Shown: positions 17,051-26,783 of the stretch, in pieces
Numbering within the stretch: position 1 is the first letter of the stretch
Layout of the letters: the number at the start of each line of letters is the position of its first letter
NCBI GenBank assembly: GCA_964512635.1
Contig: CAZEJB010000007.1
Coordinates: 27,148 to 91,147 of the forward strand
Source of the DNA: an uncultured Planctomycetales bacterium
GTDB taxonomy: Bacteria; 4484-113; JAFGCY01
DNA: 64,000 bases
Reading direction: 5' to 3'
Translations under genes and position numbers: made by a program
The notes under the pieces: model-generated
What the model was told of the DNA's origin: nothing
Database searches by the model: none
What the model saw: the letters and a program-made list of their open reading frames with translations, nothing else

Positions 17051-17446
17051 GCGGTCCAGCTTTGGCACTGTTGTGCTAAACACTCAGGATTCGCCCGCCG
17101 GGCGCGCTAAATCCGGCCCTGGCGTGGTATGACTCAGACGGCGCTGCTTTGGCGTGGCAAGCGTCGCAGCGGGTTCACCGAAAGACGGACTTGAAAAGTG
17201 ATGCAAGTTGTAAGCAAAGCATCGAACAAGGGCGATTTGGAAGCCCCAATTTGCAAAAGGGTGTTTTCTGGTGGAAATCGGCGGGTCAAAGTTAAATCCA
17301 GCCGGGGCGGTAATTTGAAAAGTGCTTTTGACGTGCGAATCGGGCTCCGTAAGTTAAATCCTGTCGGTCGCTGTTCCAGCTTGAAACCCTTGCGCCTGAT
17401 GCCTCTCTTGCAGAGCTTTGCAACAAACACGCCGCGACCGGATGGC

Positions 17447-17476
17447 TTGACCGTGCCGCAGACCCTGGCCTATAAT
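17447..17476 (+). promoter_or_regulatory. Candidate sigma70 promoter for rpsD
   Basis: TTGACC (17447-17452), an 18-bp spacer, then TATAAT (17471-17476), about 210 nt upstream of the rpsD start. Confidence 0.45.
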
Positions 17477-17686
17477 CTTCCCTCGCCGTCGGCGCCTGGT
17501 ATGCCTATAGCGCGTTTCGCGCGACCGCCTCATTGGCGGGTGGCCCCGGGAGCGGCGGGACACCGCTTCAGCCGGTGCAGGGGCATGCACCCGGCGGACA
17601 GACCTTAGCGGTCTGCGCTGCCACCTTGCCTTCCTGCCCTGCTGTGTATGGTTGCGCCGGCGAGCAATACAGGTTTCAGGTGAAGC
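17477..17686 (+). promoter_or_regulatory. Long GC-rich 5' leader of rpsD, a candidate S4 autoregulatory leader
   Basis: About 210 nt lie between the candidate -10 and the rpsD ATG. Self-complementary segments include cgcgtttcgcgcg, ggcgggtggcc and gcggacagaccttagcggtctgcgc. Confidence 0.3.
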
Positions 17687-18292
17687 ATGGATCTCTTTAA
17701 GGGTTCACGCGGCAAATATTCGCGCACTTTCGGCCGCAAGGTCGACAACAAGCCGGATGACAAGTCGCCGCTTAATCGTCGCCAACCGCGCCGCCGGATG
17801 AAGAAGCTGTCGGACTACGGCCAGCACTTGATCGAAGTGCAGGTCTGCCGTCTGACCTATGGCATCTACGAGCGTCAGTTCCGTAACTATTTCAAGAAGG
17901 CCAAGGGCCGTCCCGGCAACACTGCTGAGGAGCTGCTGGTTCTGCTCGAGCGCCGTCTGGATAACGCGCTGTTCCGCGGCGGTCTGGCCGCCAGCCGTAA
18001 GCAGGCCCGCCAGATCGTGACCCACCGTCACATCATGATCAACGGCCGCTGCGTCGACCGTCCTTCCTTCAGCCTGCGCCCCGGCGATGTGATCACCGTC
18101 AAGACCAGCAAGGCTGAGAAGCCCTTCTATAAGCAGGCGGCCGGCGAGATCGTCGACCCCCGCGCCGGCTTCTGGCTGCAGCGCACCCCCGGTGAGTTCA
18201 AGTACACCGTCGAGCGCTACCCGAAGGCGGACGAGGCGGATCACGGCTTTAACGCCGCCTACGTGGTCGAGTACTACTCGAAGTTCGTTTAA
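17687..18292 (+). CDS. rpsD: 30S ribosomal protein S4
   Basis: 201 aa with ...QHLIEVQVCRLTYGIYERQFRNYFKKA...LERRLDNALFRGGLAASRKQARQIVTHRHIMINGRCVDRPSFSL.... The S4 domain is unmistakable. Confidence 0.95.
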   Translation: MDLFKGSRGKYSRTFGRKVDNKPDDKSPLNRRQPRRRMKKLSDYGQHLIEVQVCRLTYGIYERQFRNYFKKAKGRPGNTAEELLVLLERRLDNALFRGGLAASRKQARQIVTHRHIMINGRCVDRPSFSLRPGDVITVKTSKAEKPFYKQAAGEIVDPRAGFWLQRTPGEFKYTVERYPKADEADHGFNAAYVVEYYSKFV

Positions 18293-18475
18293 CGGAGCGC
18301 GGACTTTAGTCCGCATCCGGATGGAGCGCGGGACTGTGTCCCGTATTCCTGGAGCGCGGGACTGTGTCCCGTTCTTCTAAGAAGCAGAACCAAACAGGGC
18401 GCGGTGAAAGCCGCGCCCTTTGCGCACTAAGTCCTTGCCAGTCTGGATCAATGAATACGGGACACAGTCCCGGGC
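18293..18475. repeat. Second REP-like family (GGAGCGCGGGACTGTGTCCCG units) between rpsD and mazG
   Basis: Three direct copies of ggagcgcgggact(t/g)t(a/g)gtcc(g/c)g lie at 18293-18372, and one inverted copy (cgggacacagtcccgg) at 18455-18472. They flank a terminator-like hairpin. Confidence 0.55.
18397..18422 (+). terminator. Intrinsic terminator-like hairpin downstream of rpsD
   Basis: gggcgcgg-tgaaag-ccgcgccc followed by ttt. Confidence 0.5.
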
Positions 18476-18479
18476 TCCA

Positions 18480-19181
18480 TCAGCCTTTCTCCGCCTGCTT
18501 GATCCTCTCCCAGTTGGCCAGCACCTCGGCGCTGTCGGCGGCCGAGGCGTCGCCGTAAACGTGGGGATGCCGGCGGATCAGCTTGCGGACTATGGCCTCC
18601 AGGCTGGCATCCACCCCGCCCCGGCCCATGGCCTGCAGGATGTCGCCCATGAAGGCGCTCTGCAGGGTCAGGTCGCCCAGCTCCTCGGTCAGCTCGCCGT
18701 AGAGCCGGTCAAGCTCGGCCTGCTGATCTGCACTCAGGCTGGCTGCGGCAGGCAGCGGCGCGCCGGATGCCGACTGCTCCGAGCCGAAGTCGGGATGATG
18801 CGGATGGTGGACGATGCTGTGGCCCTTCTTCTTCGTCCGCGCCTTCTCCTCTTCCCCGGCCGGTGGCTCGGGGTTGGCTGGCGGCTGGCCGGCCTGCTCC
18901 CGCAGCCCGGCCTCAAAGGCCAATATGTTGTCGATCGCCTCGCAGACCTCGTCGGCCTCCTCCCGGACATACTGCCGCAGGCTGGCCAGGCTCTGCTCGC
19001 GGTCCCAGGGGCAGCCGCCCGGCGCGCGCAGATCAGCCATCAGCCGCGTCAGCTCCATAAACCACTGTCCAGCCTGGGCGATTTGTCCTTCGCGCCCAGC
19101 AGTGGCGCGGTCCCAGCGGGCGCGGACGGCGGGATCTATCGGGTCGGCAAAAGGGGGCTGAGTCATCGGACAAGTATCCAC
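18480..19181 (-). CDS. mazG: MazG-family nucleoside triphosphate pyrophosphohydrolase with a low-complexity insert
   Basis: ...GGCPWDREQSLASLRQYVREEADEVCEAID... (MazG EExxE motif), then a second half with ...ELGDLTLQSAFMG.... A His/Pro-rich insert lies between them. The start may be the internal ATG at 19058. Confidence 0.7.
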   Translation of the reverse strand: MDTCPMTQPPFADPIDPAVRARWDRATAGREGQIAQAGQWFMELTRLMADLRAPGGCPWDREQSLASLRQYVREEADEVCEAIDNILAFEAGLREQAGQPPANPEPPAGEEEKARTKKKGHSIVHHPHHPDFGSEQSASGAPLPAAASLSADQQAELDRLYGELTEELGDLTLQSAFMGDILQAMGRGGVDASLEAIVRKLIRRHPHVYGDASAADSAEVLANWERIKQAEKG

Positions 19182-19197
19182 GATGCTGCCGCGATCT

Positions 19198-19267
19198 GCA
19201 GGGGCGCACAGAGTGCGCCTGGCACAGCTGCTCTATTCGGGCCGGGCGCACTCTGTGCGCCCCTGCT
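19198..19267. repeat. REP inverted pair with the gcgcacagagtgcgc core
   Basis: gcaggggcgcacagagtgcgcc ... ggcgcactctgtgcgcccctgc. Same family as the 14045-14270 cluster. Confidence 0.6.
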
Positions 19268-19274
19268 GTAAACC

Positions 19275-20225
19275 CTACTTCTCACCCTTGTTGATCATTC
19301 GGATCATCTCTTCCTCGGCGAACTGGCCCTCGCCAATGGCCTCGGCAATAGCATCCGCTGGTGCCAGGATCTGGATGCCGGTCAGCTCGCTGAGCTTGCT
19401 GATCTGCTCCGGCAGCAGGCAGCCGATCAGCGCACTCTGACCATCAACGGGGAGTCCAAAAAAGCGCCGTGGACTGCCGCTTTCTCGCAGCAGCTCGTCC
19501 AGCTTGGTCATTACCCGAGGGTCAAACCAGTCACTCTTTTGCTCAAACTTCAGCTCCTGAGGCTGACCGTTGAAGACGAAGGTGATCGTCACCAGCATCT
19601 TGTCGAAATCGAAGCTGTTGCCATAGTCCCTAAGCCCCTCGTAATCAAACTTCTCCTTGACATCTTCCAGCTTCAGGTCGCCCTGAGCCAGTGCCGCAAG
19701 CTCACTGACCTTGTCGGCATACTCACCTTCGTTGCCTTCGATGCATTCTGTGTCAAAGTTCAACAGATTGCGGCAGAGTCTGGTCCAGTGCTCGTCGTCG
19801 TTGTTGTCGTCGTTGTCTTCGTCGTCGAGATCCATCTCTGCGTAGCCGGAGATGTAATGCAGGAAGCTCTGCATATCTTCGCTGTCCAGCGCATCCATGC
19901 CCCAGCTCTCGGCGACCGTCTCAAGTGTGATCCCATCGTTCAGGCTGATACCGACCTGCTCCAGGGCCGCCAGCTTCTCTGCCGCGGTGCCCTTGAAACC
20001 CGGCCCGGCAGGGCCGGCATTGGAAGGCGTCAGCTTCGCCGCGGTGGGAGCTGAGGTTGTTACGGGCCGCGGGGCAGCAGACACGGCGCCGTCAGAGCCA
20101 GCCTTGCTGCGCAGCAGGAAAACAGCGACCAGTCCGCCAAGCACGAGTGCTGCAATGAGGCCGACAAGTACGGGAGTGCTGATCAGGGCCAGGGGCATCT
20201 TTCGCTCCGGTGGTAGAGGCTTCAT
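19275..20225 (-). CDS. Hypothetical membrane-anchored protein with an acidic central region
   Basis: N-terminal TM (LALISTPVLVGLIAALVLGGLVAVFLL) and an acidic DDEDNDDNNDDE stretch. No family assignable. Confidence 0.45.
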   Translation of the reverse strand: MKPLPPERKMPLALISTPVLVGLIAALVLGGLVAVFLLRSKAGSDGAVSAAPRPVTTSAPTAAKLTPSNAGPAGPGFKGTAAEKLAALEQVGISLNDGITLETVAESWGMDALDSEDMQSFLHYISGYAEMDLDDEDNDDNNDDEHWTRLCRNLLNFDTECIEGNEGEYADKVSELAALAQGDLKLEDVKEKFDYEGLRDYGNSFDFDKMLVTITFVFNGQPQELKFEQKSDWFDPRVMTKLDELLRESGSPRRFFGLPVDGQSALIGCLLPEQISKLSELTGIQILAPADAIAEAIGEGQFAEEEMIRMINKGEK

Positions 20226-20257
20226 ACTGCCAAGGATTATAGGGGTACGCCCCAGCC

Positions 20258-21091
20258 TCAGCCCTCGCTGATCAGGCGTTCGAGGCGGTCGATGTAGGCC
20301 CGGGCGGTGACGATGCCCTGGTTGTCCTGCGCCTCCTCGGCCAGCGCCAGGTTGCCGCGCGCGGTGGACAGCGCCTCGACGTACTTCATCTCATAGATCA
20401 GGTCTTCAAGCACGGGGTCTTCCCGCGGCAGGGCCTTGAGCTGTTCCATCAGCGCCAGCTTCTGGGCCACCTGCTTCTGCTTGCGTTCGCTCAGCCGAAG
20501 CACGCTGCCATGGGCTCCGACCTTCTTTTGATCCTCACGCCGCTGCAGCGCCTTTTGCTTGCGTGCCTCCACGCGTCCCTTGTTCGCCTCTATCCGGGCC
20601 TGCCGCGCGGCCAGAGCCTTCTCCTGGCGCAGCTTGCGGATGTCCTTCTTCTCCTCGGCGGTCAGCGGGCGGCCCAGCTCCTTCTCCCGGGAGCGCTGGA
20701 CCCAGGGGCTGTAGCCTCCGCCTTCGCGCTTCCTGAAGATGTTCAGCTCCCTGAACATCTCAGAGCTCTGGTTGGCCTTGTACTGGTCGAAGTCGGTCCA
20801 CTCGTGCTCGCTCTCGTCGAAGAGCTCGGCGTCTTCGCGGTCAAGCTCAACCAGCGGGCTGCGGCGATAGAACAGGTAGAACATCCAGCCTGCCAGTGGC
20901 AGCAGCGCCACCGCAAAGGCCCATGGCGCCCCGCGGTTATAGCGCCACAGCGCGTCGCGGTAGACCCAGTAGACAACATAGAGGTGGGCGAGCAGCAGGA
21001 TCAGGTCAATGACCAGCAGCCAGGGCACGAAGGGGTTGTCCGCTTCGAAGAACCAGTGCAGGCGGTGGCTGAGCTCGCGCAGGAAGTCCAC
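20258..21091 (-). CDS. Hypothetical membrane protein with a coiled-coil, basic C-terminal half
   Basis: Two N-terminal TM helices, then a K/R/E-rich helical region. Confidence 0.45.
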   Translation of the reverse strand: MDFLRELSHRLHWFFEADNPFVPWLLVIDLILLLAHLYVVYWVYRDALWRYNRGAPWAFAVALLPLAGWMFYLFYRRSPLVELDREDAELFDESEHEWTDFDQYKANQSSEMFRELNIFRKREGGGYSPWVQRSREKELGRPLTAEEKKDIRKLRQEKALAARQARIEANKGRVEARKQKALQRREDQKKVGAHGSVLRLSERKQKQVAQKLALMEQLKALPREDPVLEDLIYEMKYVEALSTARGNLALAEEAQDNQGIVTARAYIDRLERLISEG

Positions 21092-21118
21092 GCCAATACT
21101 ATAGCGTTACTGTGAGTG

Positions 21119-21634
21119 TCAGTCCGGCGGACCAGTAAGAACTCTGAATAACTGACCTAGCGGTGGTCTTGTAGCAACAAATACGAAGAGCTCATCCCTT
21201 TCCAAAGCTGCTGCTTCGCTTGCTGTCAAAGGTGCTAGAAAGAGATCGAAGCGGTGCTCCGGGAGGCGCTTGTTCTCGACTCCAGACGGCTGCCATACAC
21301 TGACATGGGCAAAGTCGTCGTACTTGCTTAAGACAACATACTCATACCCATCAATTCTGACCTTGTCGGCCATGACCTTTGCCCTGGAGTAACCATCGGG
21401 CATCTGTTGCGGTGAAGTTGCGCCTGAAATGACATACACACCACCAATCTCCAGTCCGCCTTTACCATCCTGCGCCTCGATAACAATGCGATCTCCCTCT
21501 ACTTTGGCCCCAAGTATCTCAGGAGCGTAGTCAACACACGCCGTCTGCAAGCAGGCGAAGGTCAATACTGCCGCGAGCTTTCCTGGCAGTATCCGCCGTC
21601 TTAGCTTTCGAACTGGTTGGTCAAAGCGCACCAA
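21119..21634 (-). CDS. Hypothetical lipoprotein in a low-GC patch
   Basis: Signal plus lipobox (LAAVLTFACLQTAC). Local GC is clearly below that of its surroundings. Confidence 0.4.
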   Translation of the reverse strand: MVRFDQPVRKLRRRILPGKLAAVLTFACLQTACVDYAPEILGAKVEGDRIVIEAQDGKGGLEIGGVYVISGATSPQQMPDGYSRAKVMADKVRIDGYEYVVLSKYDDFAHVSVWQPSGVENKRLPEHRFDLFLAPLTASEAAALERDELFVFVATRPPLGQLFRVLTGPPD

Positions 21635-21848
21635 GTGATGATACCTTGGCCTCAGCTAAACATTCATTAAGCCTGTGCATAACTTGTGGACTTCCGCCAA
21701 ATGGGAGTACAATTGCAGTTTGTCCCCGCCCGCAGCTTAACGCAGCGCCTGCCGCGCGCGATTGTTAGGCGGCGGCGGACTATATGAGGGTTGAGTGCGG
21801 GTGTGCGGTGCACGGTGTCCCGCCTCACAGAAGGGCGGTTTCAACGCA

Positions 21849-22892
21849 ATGGGAATGATGGACTGGATCAGCGGGGCCTTTGGCAGCCTGAGCGCCGATA
21901 TCGGCATTGACCTCGGCACCGCCAACACGCTGGTCTACGTCAAGGGCCGCGGCATCGTGCTGCGCGAACCCTCAGTGGTGGCCATCGATATCACCACGGA
22001 CCAGGTCCTCGCCGTCGGCGAGGAAGCCAAGAACATGATCGGCAAGACCCCCAGCCGCGTGGTCGCCATGCGCCCGCTGAAGGACGGCGTCATCGCTGAC
22101 TGGGAGAAGACCGAGGCCATGCTGCGGGAGTTCATCCGCAAAGCCAAGCAGGACCGCGGCCTGTTCCAGTTCCCGCACCGCGTGGTCATCGGCATCCCGT
22201 CAGGCATCACCGCCGTGGAGCGCAAGGCCGTTCGCGACGCGGCGATCCGCACCGGCGCCCGTGAGGAAGGGCTGATCGAAGAGCCGATGGCGGCGGCAAT
22301 CGGCTGTAACCTGCCGATTGAAGAAGCCGGCGGCAATATGATTGTCGACATCGGCGGCGGTACAACTGAGGTTGCGGTTATCTCGCTCGGCGGCGTGGTG
22401 GTCAGCCAGTCGATCCGCACCGCCGGCGACGAGCTGGACCGCTCGATCATCGAGTACGCCCGCCGCCGCTTCAACCTGATCATCGGCGAGCGCACGGCCG
22501 AGCGGATCAAGATTTCCATCGGCGCGGCCTACGCCCAAAGCGAGGTCCTGACCACCGAGATGCGCGGTATGGACCAGGTAACGGGCCTGCCGAAAGTGGT
22601 TGAGGTCAGCACTGAAGACATCCGCGAGGCGATGAGCGAGAAGATCGATGGCATCCTGCGCTGCGTGCGCTACACACTTGAGGAATGCCCGCCGGAGCTG
22701 GCCGCCGACATCATCGACCAGGGCATCGTCCTGGCCGGCGGCGGCGCGCTTCTGCGCGACCTCGACATCCTGATCAGCAAGGACACCGGCATCGTCACGC
22801 GCGTGGCGGAAGACCCGCTGAGCGCCGTGGTGCTGGGTACCATGAAGGTGCTGGAGAATCTCGACCAGTACAAGCACATGCTGAGCATGTAG
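21849..22892 (+). CDS. mreB: Rod shape-determining protein MreB
   Basis: MGMMDW...IGIDLGTANTLVYVKGRGIVLREPSVVAI...VDIGGGTTEVAVISLGG...VLAGGGALLRDLD... Actin-fold MreB motifs. Confidence 0.9.
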   Translation: MGMMDWISGAFGSLSADIGIDLGTANTLVYVKGRGIVLREPSVVAIDITTDQVLAVGEEAKNMIGKTPSRVVAMRPLKDGVIADWEKTEAMLREFIRKAKQDRGLFQFPHRVVIGIPSGITAVERKAVRDAAIRTGAREEGLIEEPMAAAIGCNLPIEEAGGNMIVDIGGGTTEVAVISLGGVVVSQSIRTAGDELDRSIIEYARRRFNLIIGERTAERIKISIGAAYAQSEVLTTEMRGMDQVTGLPKVVEVSTEDIREAMSEKIDGILRCVRYTLEECPPELAADIIDQGIVLAGGGALLRDLDILISKDTGIVTRVAEDPLSAVVLGTMKVLENLDQYKHMLSM

Positions 22893-22918
22893 GATCTTCC
22901 TGCGTCTAGACTCATGTC

Positions 22919-24577
22919 ATGAGTCCTGTCCGCAAACTATTCCTCAGTCCTGAAGAACGACAGCAGGTAGTGCAGAGCATTACTGATATCGCGCTGCCTG
23001 GACCGTCGTTCTACATTCTGCTGCTCCTGGCCGGCCTGATTGCCGCCTTTGGCCTGTTGGCAAACAGCACAGCAACGGTTATCGGAGCGATGGTAGTCGC
23101 CCCCCTGATGGGGCCGATTTTCGGGATCACGCTTGGCCTTGTCACCGGTGAAAAGAGCATCCTCAGCAGTGCCCTGATTGCTGAGATTAGCGGTGTGATC
23201 ATCGTGATTTTGCTCGGCTGGCTGGTGGGTCAGTTGCCGCTGCTGCCGGATTATGGTTCAGAAATCCTGGGCCGGACCCAGCCAACTGTGCTAGATCTGA
23301 TTGCTGCGCTGGTATCCGGAGCGGCCGGCGCATACTGCTGGGTCAATCCTCGAGTTAACAACGCGATAGCCGGTGTGGCAATCGCTGTGGCGCTCGTACC
23401 TCCGCTGGCAACATGTGGACTTCTGCTGGCGGCCGGCAAGGTTCAACTGGCGCTGGGGGCACTGCTTCTTTTCGCAGCGAACTTCGTGGCTATTCAGTTC
23501 GCCGCCGCGGTGATCTTCCTGCTGGCCGGACTGCGACACCTTGACCCCCAGGCCAGTGAGCGCACTGCAATGCCTCGCCTGCTCAACGCACTGGGGCCGG
23601 GTCTGCTGGGACTGCTCGTGCTTGGCGCCTTGATGACCAAAACCCTGGTGCAGGTGATTGAAGAGCGGCGACTGGATTCTTCGATTCGTTCTCAGCTGCA
23701 GGCCGAGTTGGCCGGATACGACGGAGCTGCTCTTGAAGAGTTCGACTACAAGCGCGAAGCCGGCGGCGAACTCGCGCTTACGGCAAGTGTTCTGACACCT
23801 CGCCCGCTGACCGCTCCGGATGTGGCCAAGCTGGAGGGCCGCTTGATTCAACGCTGCGGCTGCGACATTCATCTGGTTGTGAGAAGCCTGATCAGCAGCG
23901 ATACCGATCGCAACGGCAGGGTCTATGTCAGTGCCGAGGAGCTTAAAGACTCTCAGGAGCAGGCTGAGCGCAGACAGGCGCAGGAGCATGCCTCCGAGAT
24001 TATCTCCGCCGAGCTGGCAGAAGTGCGCGGCGCAGTACTGGCTGGGCTCAACCTTGAAGGTTCGCTCGATGCACCTCTGCTGAGTGCCAACGTTGAAGCA
24101 CCAGAAGTTATCGCGCCATACCATGTAGCCTTCATCCAGGAGCGGCTGCGCCAGCAGATGGGCCGGCCGGTGCGACTGCGCATAAACTCGATCCTGACGC
24201 ATGTGGCCGAAGCGGACGGCTTTGTCTATAAGGACAAAGTTGTGCCGGAAAATGCGGAACAGCTTATGCTGAATGCACAGGCAGAGACGGCCTTTCGTCA
24301 GTCCCTGCTGGCCCTCCTACCAGGTTCCAGTATTCTCAGCTTCAAGGTGCAACCTTCGCCTGCGGAACTGAAACGGGACTCCAATCGCGAGGAAACACCG
24401 GCAGGCGAGACACCGCTGGAAGTTTCGGTTAGCGTGAGGTCCACCCGGATATTGCTGGGGGAAGATGTCGATACCCTCCAGAAGCAACTCGGGGCAAAGC
24501 TGGACCGACCGGTAAGTCTGCTCGTTGATTCAAGCGTTGGAGCATCGGCCAGCGCCAGTGGCCTCTATACACCCTGA
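22919..24577 (+). CDS. DUF389-family integral membrane protein with a C-terminal soluble domain
   Basis: The N-terminal half is polytopic (...GAMVVAPLMGPIFGITLGLVTGE...), typical of the DUF389/TIGR00341 family. Confidence 0.6.
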   Translation: MSPVRKLFLSPEERQQVVQSITDIALPGPSFYILLLLAGLIAAFGLLANSTATVIGAMVVAPLMGPIFGITLGLVTGEKSILSSALIAEISGVIIVILLGWLVGQLPLLPDYGSEILGRTQPTVLDLIAALVSGAAGAYCWVNPRVNNAIAGVAIAVALVPPLATCGLLLAAGKVQLALGALLLFAANFVAIQFAAAVIFLLAGLRHLDPQASERTAMPRLLNALGPGLLGLLVLGALMTKTLVQVIEERRLDSSIRSQLQAELAGYDGAALEEFDYKREAGGELALTASVLTPRPLTAPDVAKLEGRLIQRCGCDIHLVVRSLISSDTDRNGRVYVSAEELKDSQEQAERRQAQEHASEIISAELAEVRGAVLAGLNLEGSLDAPLLSANVEAPEVIAPYHVAFIQERLRQQMGRPVRLRINSILTHVAEADGFVYKDKVVPENAEQLMLNAQAETAFRQSLLALLPGSSILSFKVQPSPAELKRDSNREETPAGETPLEVSVSVRSTRILLGEDVDTLQKQLGAKLDRPVSLLVDSSVGASASASGLYTP

Positions 24578-24677
24578 TTTGGCTCAAGCGGCCCCCTTAG
24601 ATCGCGGCTGAACCGGTAACCATTCCCTCACGTCTGACGGGTATAATCCACTTGACACTAGGAGGGGAAGCCCGCCC

Positions 24678-26336
24678 ATGCGCAAAATCGTCTTCGCCGC
24701 CGCCCTGGCCGCCGCCCTTGGCGCGTCCACCGGCCTGCACATCGACTCAGCCTCGGCGCAGGCCACGCGCTACACCGCGCGTCTGAAGGACAGCCAGGTG
24801 CATCAGCGCCAGCTTCTGGTGCAGCTTGACACCTCCCGCGGGACGAAGAGCGTCTCGGCCCTGGCCAAGAGCACCGGCCTGCGGCACGTCAGCAGCATGA
24901 AGCTCTCCTACGCCACCTATGAAATCATGCAGGTGCCGGCGGGCCAGGACTACATGTCCGCCCTGCGTGCCCTTGAAAACAACCCGGCCGTGCTGTCAGT
25001 CGGCCCGAACGTGATCAAGACTGTCTCCGAATTTGTGCCCAACGATCCGCTGTTCCTTAACGGTGCCGCCGACACGGCAGCTGGCCTTGAAGAGCCCGCG
25101 GTGAAGAATGACCAGTGGGGACTGCTGCACACCGGTGCACAGGACGCCTGGGATCTGAACAAGGGCGAAAGCGATGTGGTGGTGGCGGTGCTCGACACAG
25201 GTATCAATTTCAGCGCCGAGGATCTGGTAAACCGACTTTGGACCAACCCGGGGGAAATCGCCGGCAACGACATCGATGATGACAGCAACGGCTTCGTCGA
25301 TGACGTCCATGGCTATGACTTCCAGACCTATGACCTGTCGACCAGCTCGGGCGGGGATGAAGACCCAACCGACACCCAGGGCGGCATCGTCAGTCACGGC
25401 ACGGCCACATCAAGCATTGTCGCCGCCCAGGGCAACAACGGCGTCGGCATCATGGGCGTTGCCGGTGGCAGCACCCAGGCTACCGGAGCGCGGATCATGG
25501 TCTGCCGCCTGGGAACAGACGACAACATTCCGGTCGCCGCCGAGATCGCCGCTTTGGACTACGCGCGCCAGAATGGTGCGCAAATCGTTTCGATGAGCTT
25601 TGGCGGGGCCAGTGGCGGCGCCCCCGAAGAGGATGCCATCAACCGCTGCTGGAACAACGGCAACGGCGTTCTGGTTATTGCCGCGGCTGGCAACATCGGC
25701 GCAGGCAATGAAGACGGCCAGGGCAACCCGCTGATCGACCTGCCCGCCGGTTTCGCCAACTGCCTGGCAGTCGGCGCGACGACCATCTTCAGTACGCAGA
25801 CAGTCAGCGGCAGCACGAATATCGTCAGCGAGACCGTTGCCGGTTACTCCAAGACCGGCCCGGAGCTGGACATCATGGCTCCGGGGACGCATATCATGGC
25901 GGCTTCTAACAGCGCCAACGAGTACACCAACAGCCTGGGCCGCCAGTTCACCGGCACCAGTGCGGCCACACCGATGGTCGCCGGTCTTGCGGCCCTGATG
26001 ATCAGCGCCGCGCCTGACAGCGGCCCCAACCCCACGGCGGCAGAGCTGCGTGCTTCTTTGATTGCCAACGCGGTTGATCTGGGCCCGGCCGGACGCGACG
26101 ACACTTATGGCAATGGCCGGATCAATATGCTTGGCTCCGTACTCGACTTCGCAGGTGGCAAGGAAGGCGACACCAACGGCGATAACGTGGTGAACGAGGC
26201 CGACCTCGACCAGATCCGCGCGCGCTTTGGCGCCCGCACCGGCGACAGCAACTATGACAAGAAGGCCGACGCCAACAATGACGGCGTGATCGACGAGCTG
26301 GATGTCTTCGTGGTCGGCCGCAAGTTCGGCAGCTAG
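24678..26336 (+). CDS. Secreted S8 subtilisin-like peptidase with a C-terminal dockerin module
   Basis: Signal peptide (MRKIVFAAALAAALGASTG...AQA), the subtilase Asp/His/Ser boxes (VAVLDTGIN..., HGTATSSIV, GTSAATPMVAGLAAL), and a C-terminal duplicated dockerin (DTNGDNVVNEADLDQIRARFG ... DANNDGVIDELDVFVVGRKFG). Confidence 0.85.
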   Translation: MRKIVFAAALAAALGASTGLHIDSASAQATRYTARLKDSQVHQRQLLVQLDTSRGTKSVSALAKSTGLRHVSSMKLSYATYEIMQVPAGQDYMSALRALENNPAVLSVGPNVIKTVSEFVPNDPLFLNGAADTAAGLEEPAVKNDQWGLLHTGAQDAWDLNKGESDVVVAVLDTGINFSAEDLVNRLWTNPGEIAGNDIDDDSNGFVDDVHGYDFQTYDLSTSSGGDEDPTDTQGGIVSHGTATSSIVAAQGNNGVGIMGVAGGSTQATGARIMVCRLGTDDNIPVAAEIAALDYARQNGAQIVSMSFGGASGGAPEEDAINRCWNNGNGVLVIAAAGNIGAGNEDGQGNPLIDLPAGFANCLAVGATTIFSTQTVSGSTNIVSETVAGYSKTGPELDIMAPGTHIMAASNSANEYTNSLGRQFTGTSAATPMVAGLAALMISAAPDSGPNPTAAELRASLIANAVDLGPAGRDDTYGNGRINMLGSVLDFAGGKEGDTNGDNVVNEADLDQIRARFGARTGDSNYDKKADANNDGVIDELDVFVVGRKFGS

Positions 26337-26387
26337 TGTAAGGTGTCCAAGGCAACAGCAAAAGGTCAGGCAAACAATGAGTAGGAA

Positions 26388-26414
26388 AAAGGGGCGCAGA
26401 CTGCGCCCCTTTTG
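26388..26414. terminator. Bidirectional intrinsic terminator between convergent genes
   Basis: aaaaaggggcgcag-ac-tgcgcccctttt. A perfect GC hairpin with T/A runs on both strands. Confidence 0.7.
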
Positions 26415-26447
26415 TTTCCGAAGTGATGTTGCCGCGCGGGCGAGCTT

Positions 26448-26783
26448 CTAGTCTTCGCGGGTTGCCAGCTGCAGCTTGTGTTCACGGCCCAGCGGCTCAG
26501 GGCCGGGCTTGCGCGGGTTGCCCTTGACGAAGTCAGCCGCGCGCTTGACCGCACTGCAGACCTCTTCGTGCATCTGCTGCAGCTCAGCGACTGTGAGATA
26601 GAAGCTGGTATCGACAGCAAAGCGCATATAGCGTGGCGGCAGCTGGTTAAGGGCCAGGCAGGCGATGTCCTCCAGGGCGCCGGGCTGGGTGGCCAGGGCG
26701 CTCTCAGAGTACTCCAGCATGATCTGCTCGCGCACCAGGCGCTCGTAGTAGTTGCTGACCGAATCGAAATCCACGTATCGCAT
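26448..26783 (-). CDS. ComFB-like protein (late competence development protein family)
   Basis: 111 aa with ...NYYERLVREQIM...DIACLALNQLPPRYM.... This matches the ComFB signature (CLALN.LPP.Y). Confidence 0.5.
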   Translation of the reverse strand: MRYVDFDSVSNYYERLVREQIMLEYSESALATQPGALEDIACLALNQLPPRYMRFAVDTSFYLTVAELQQMHEEVCSAVKRAADFVKGNPRKPGPEPLGREHKLQLATRED

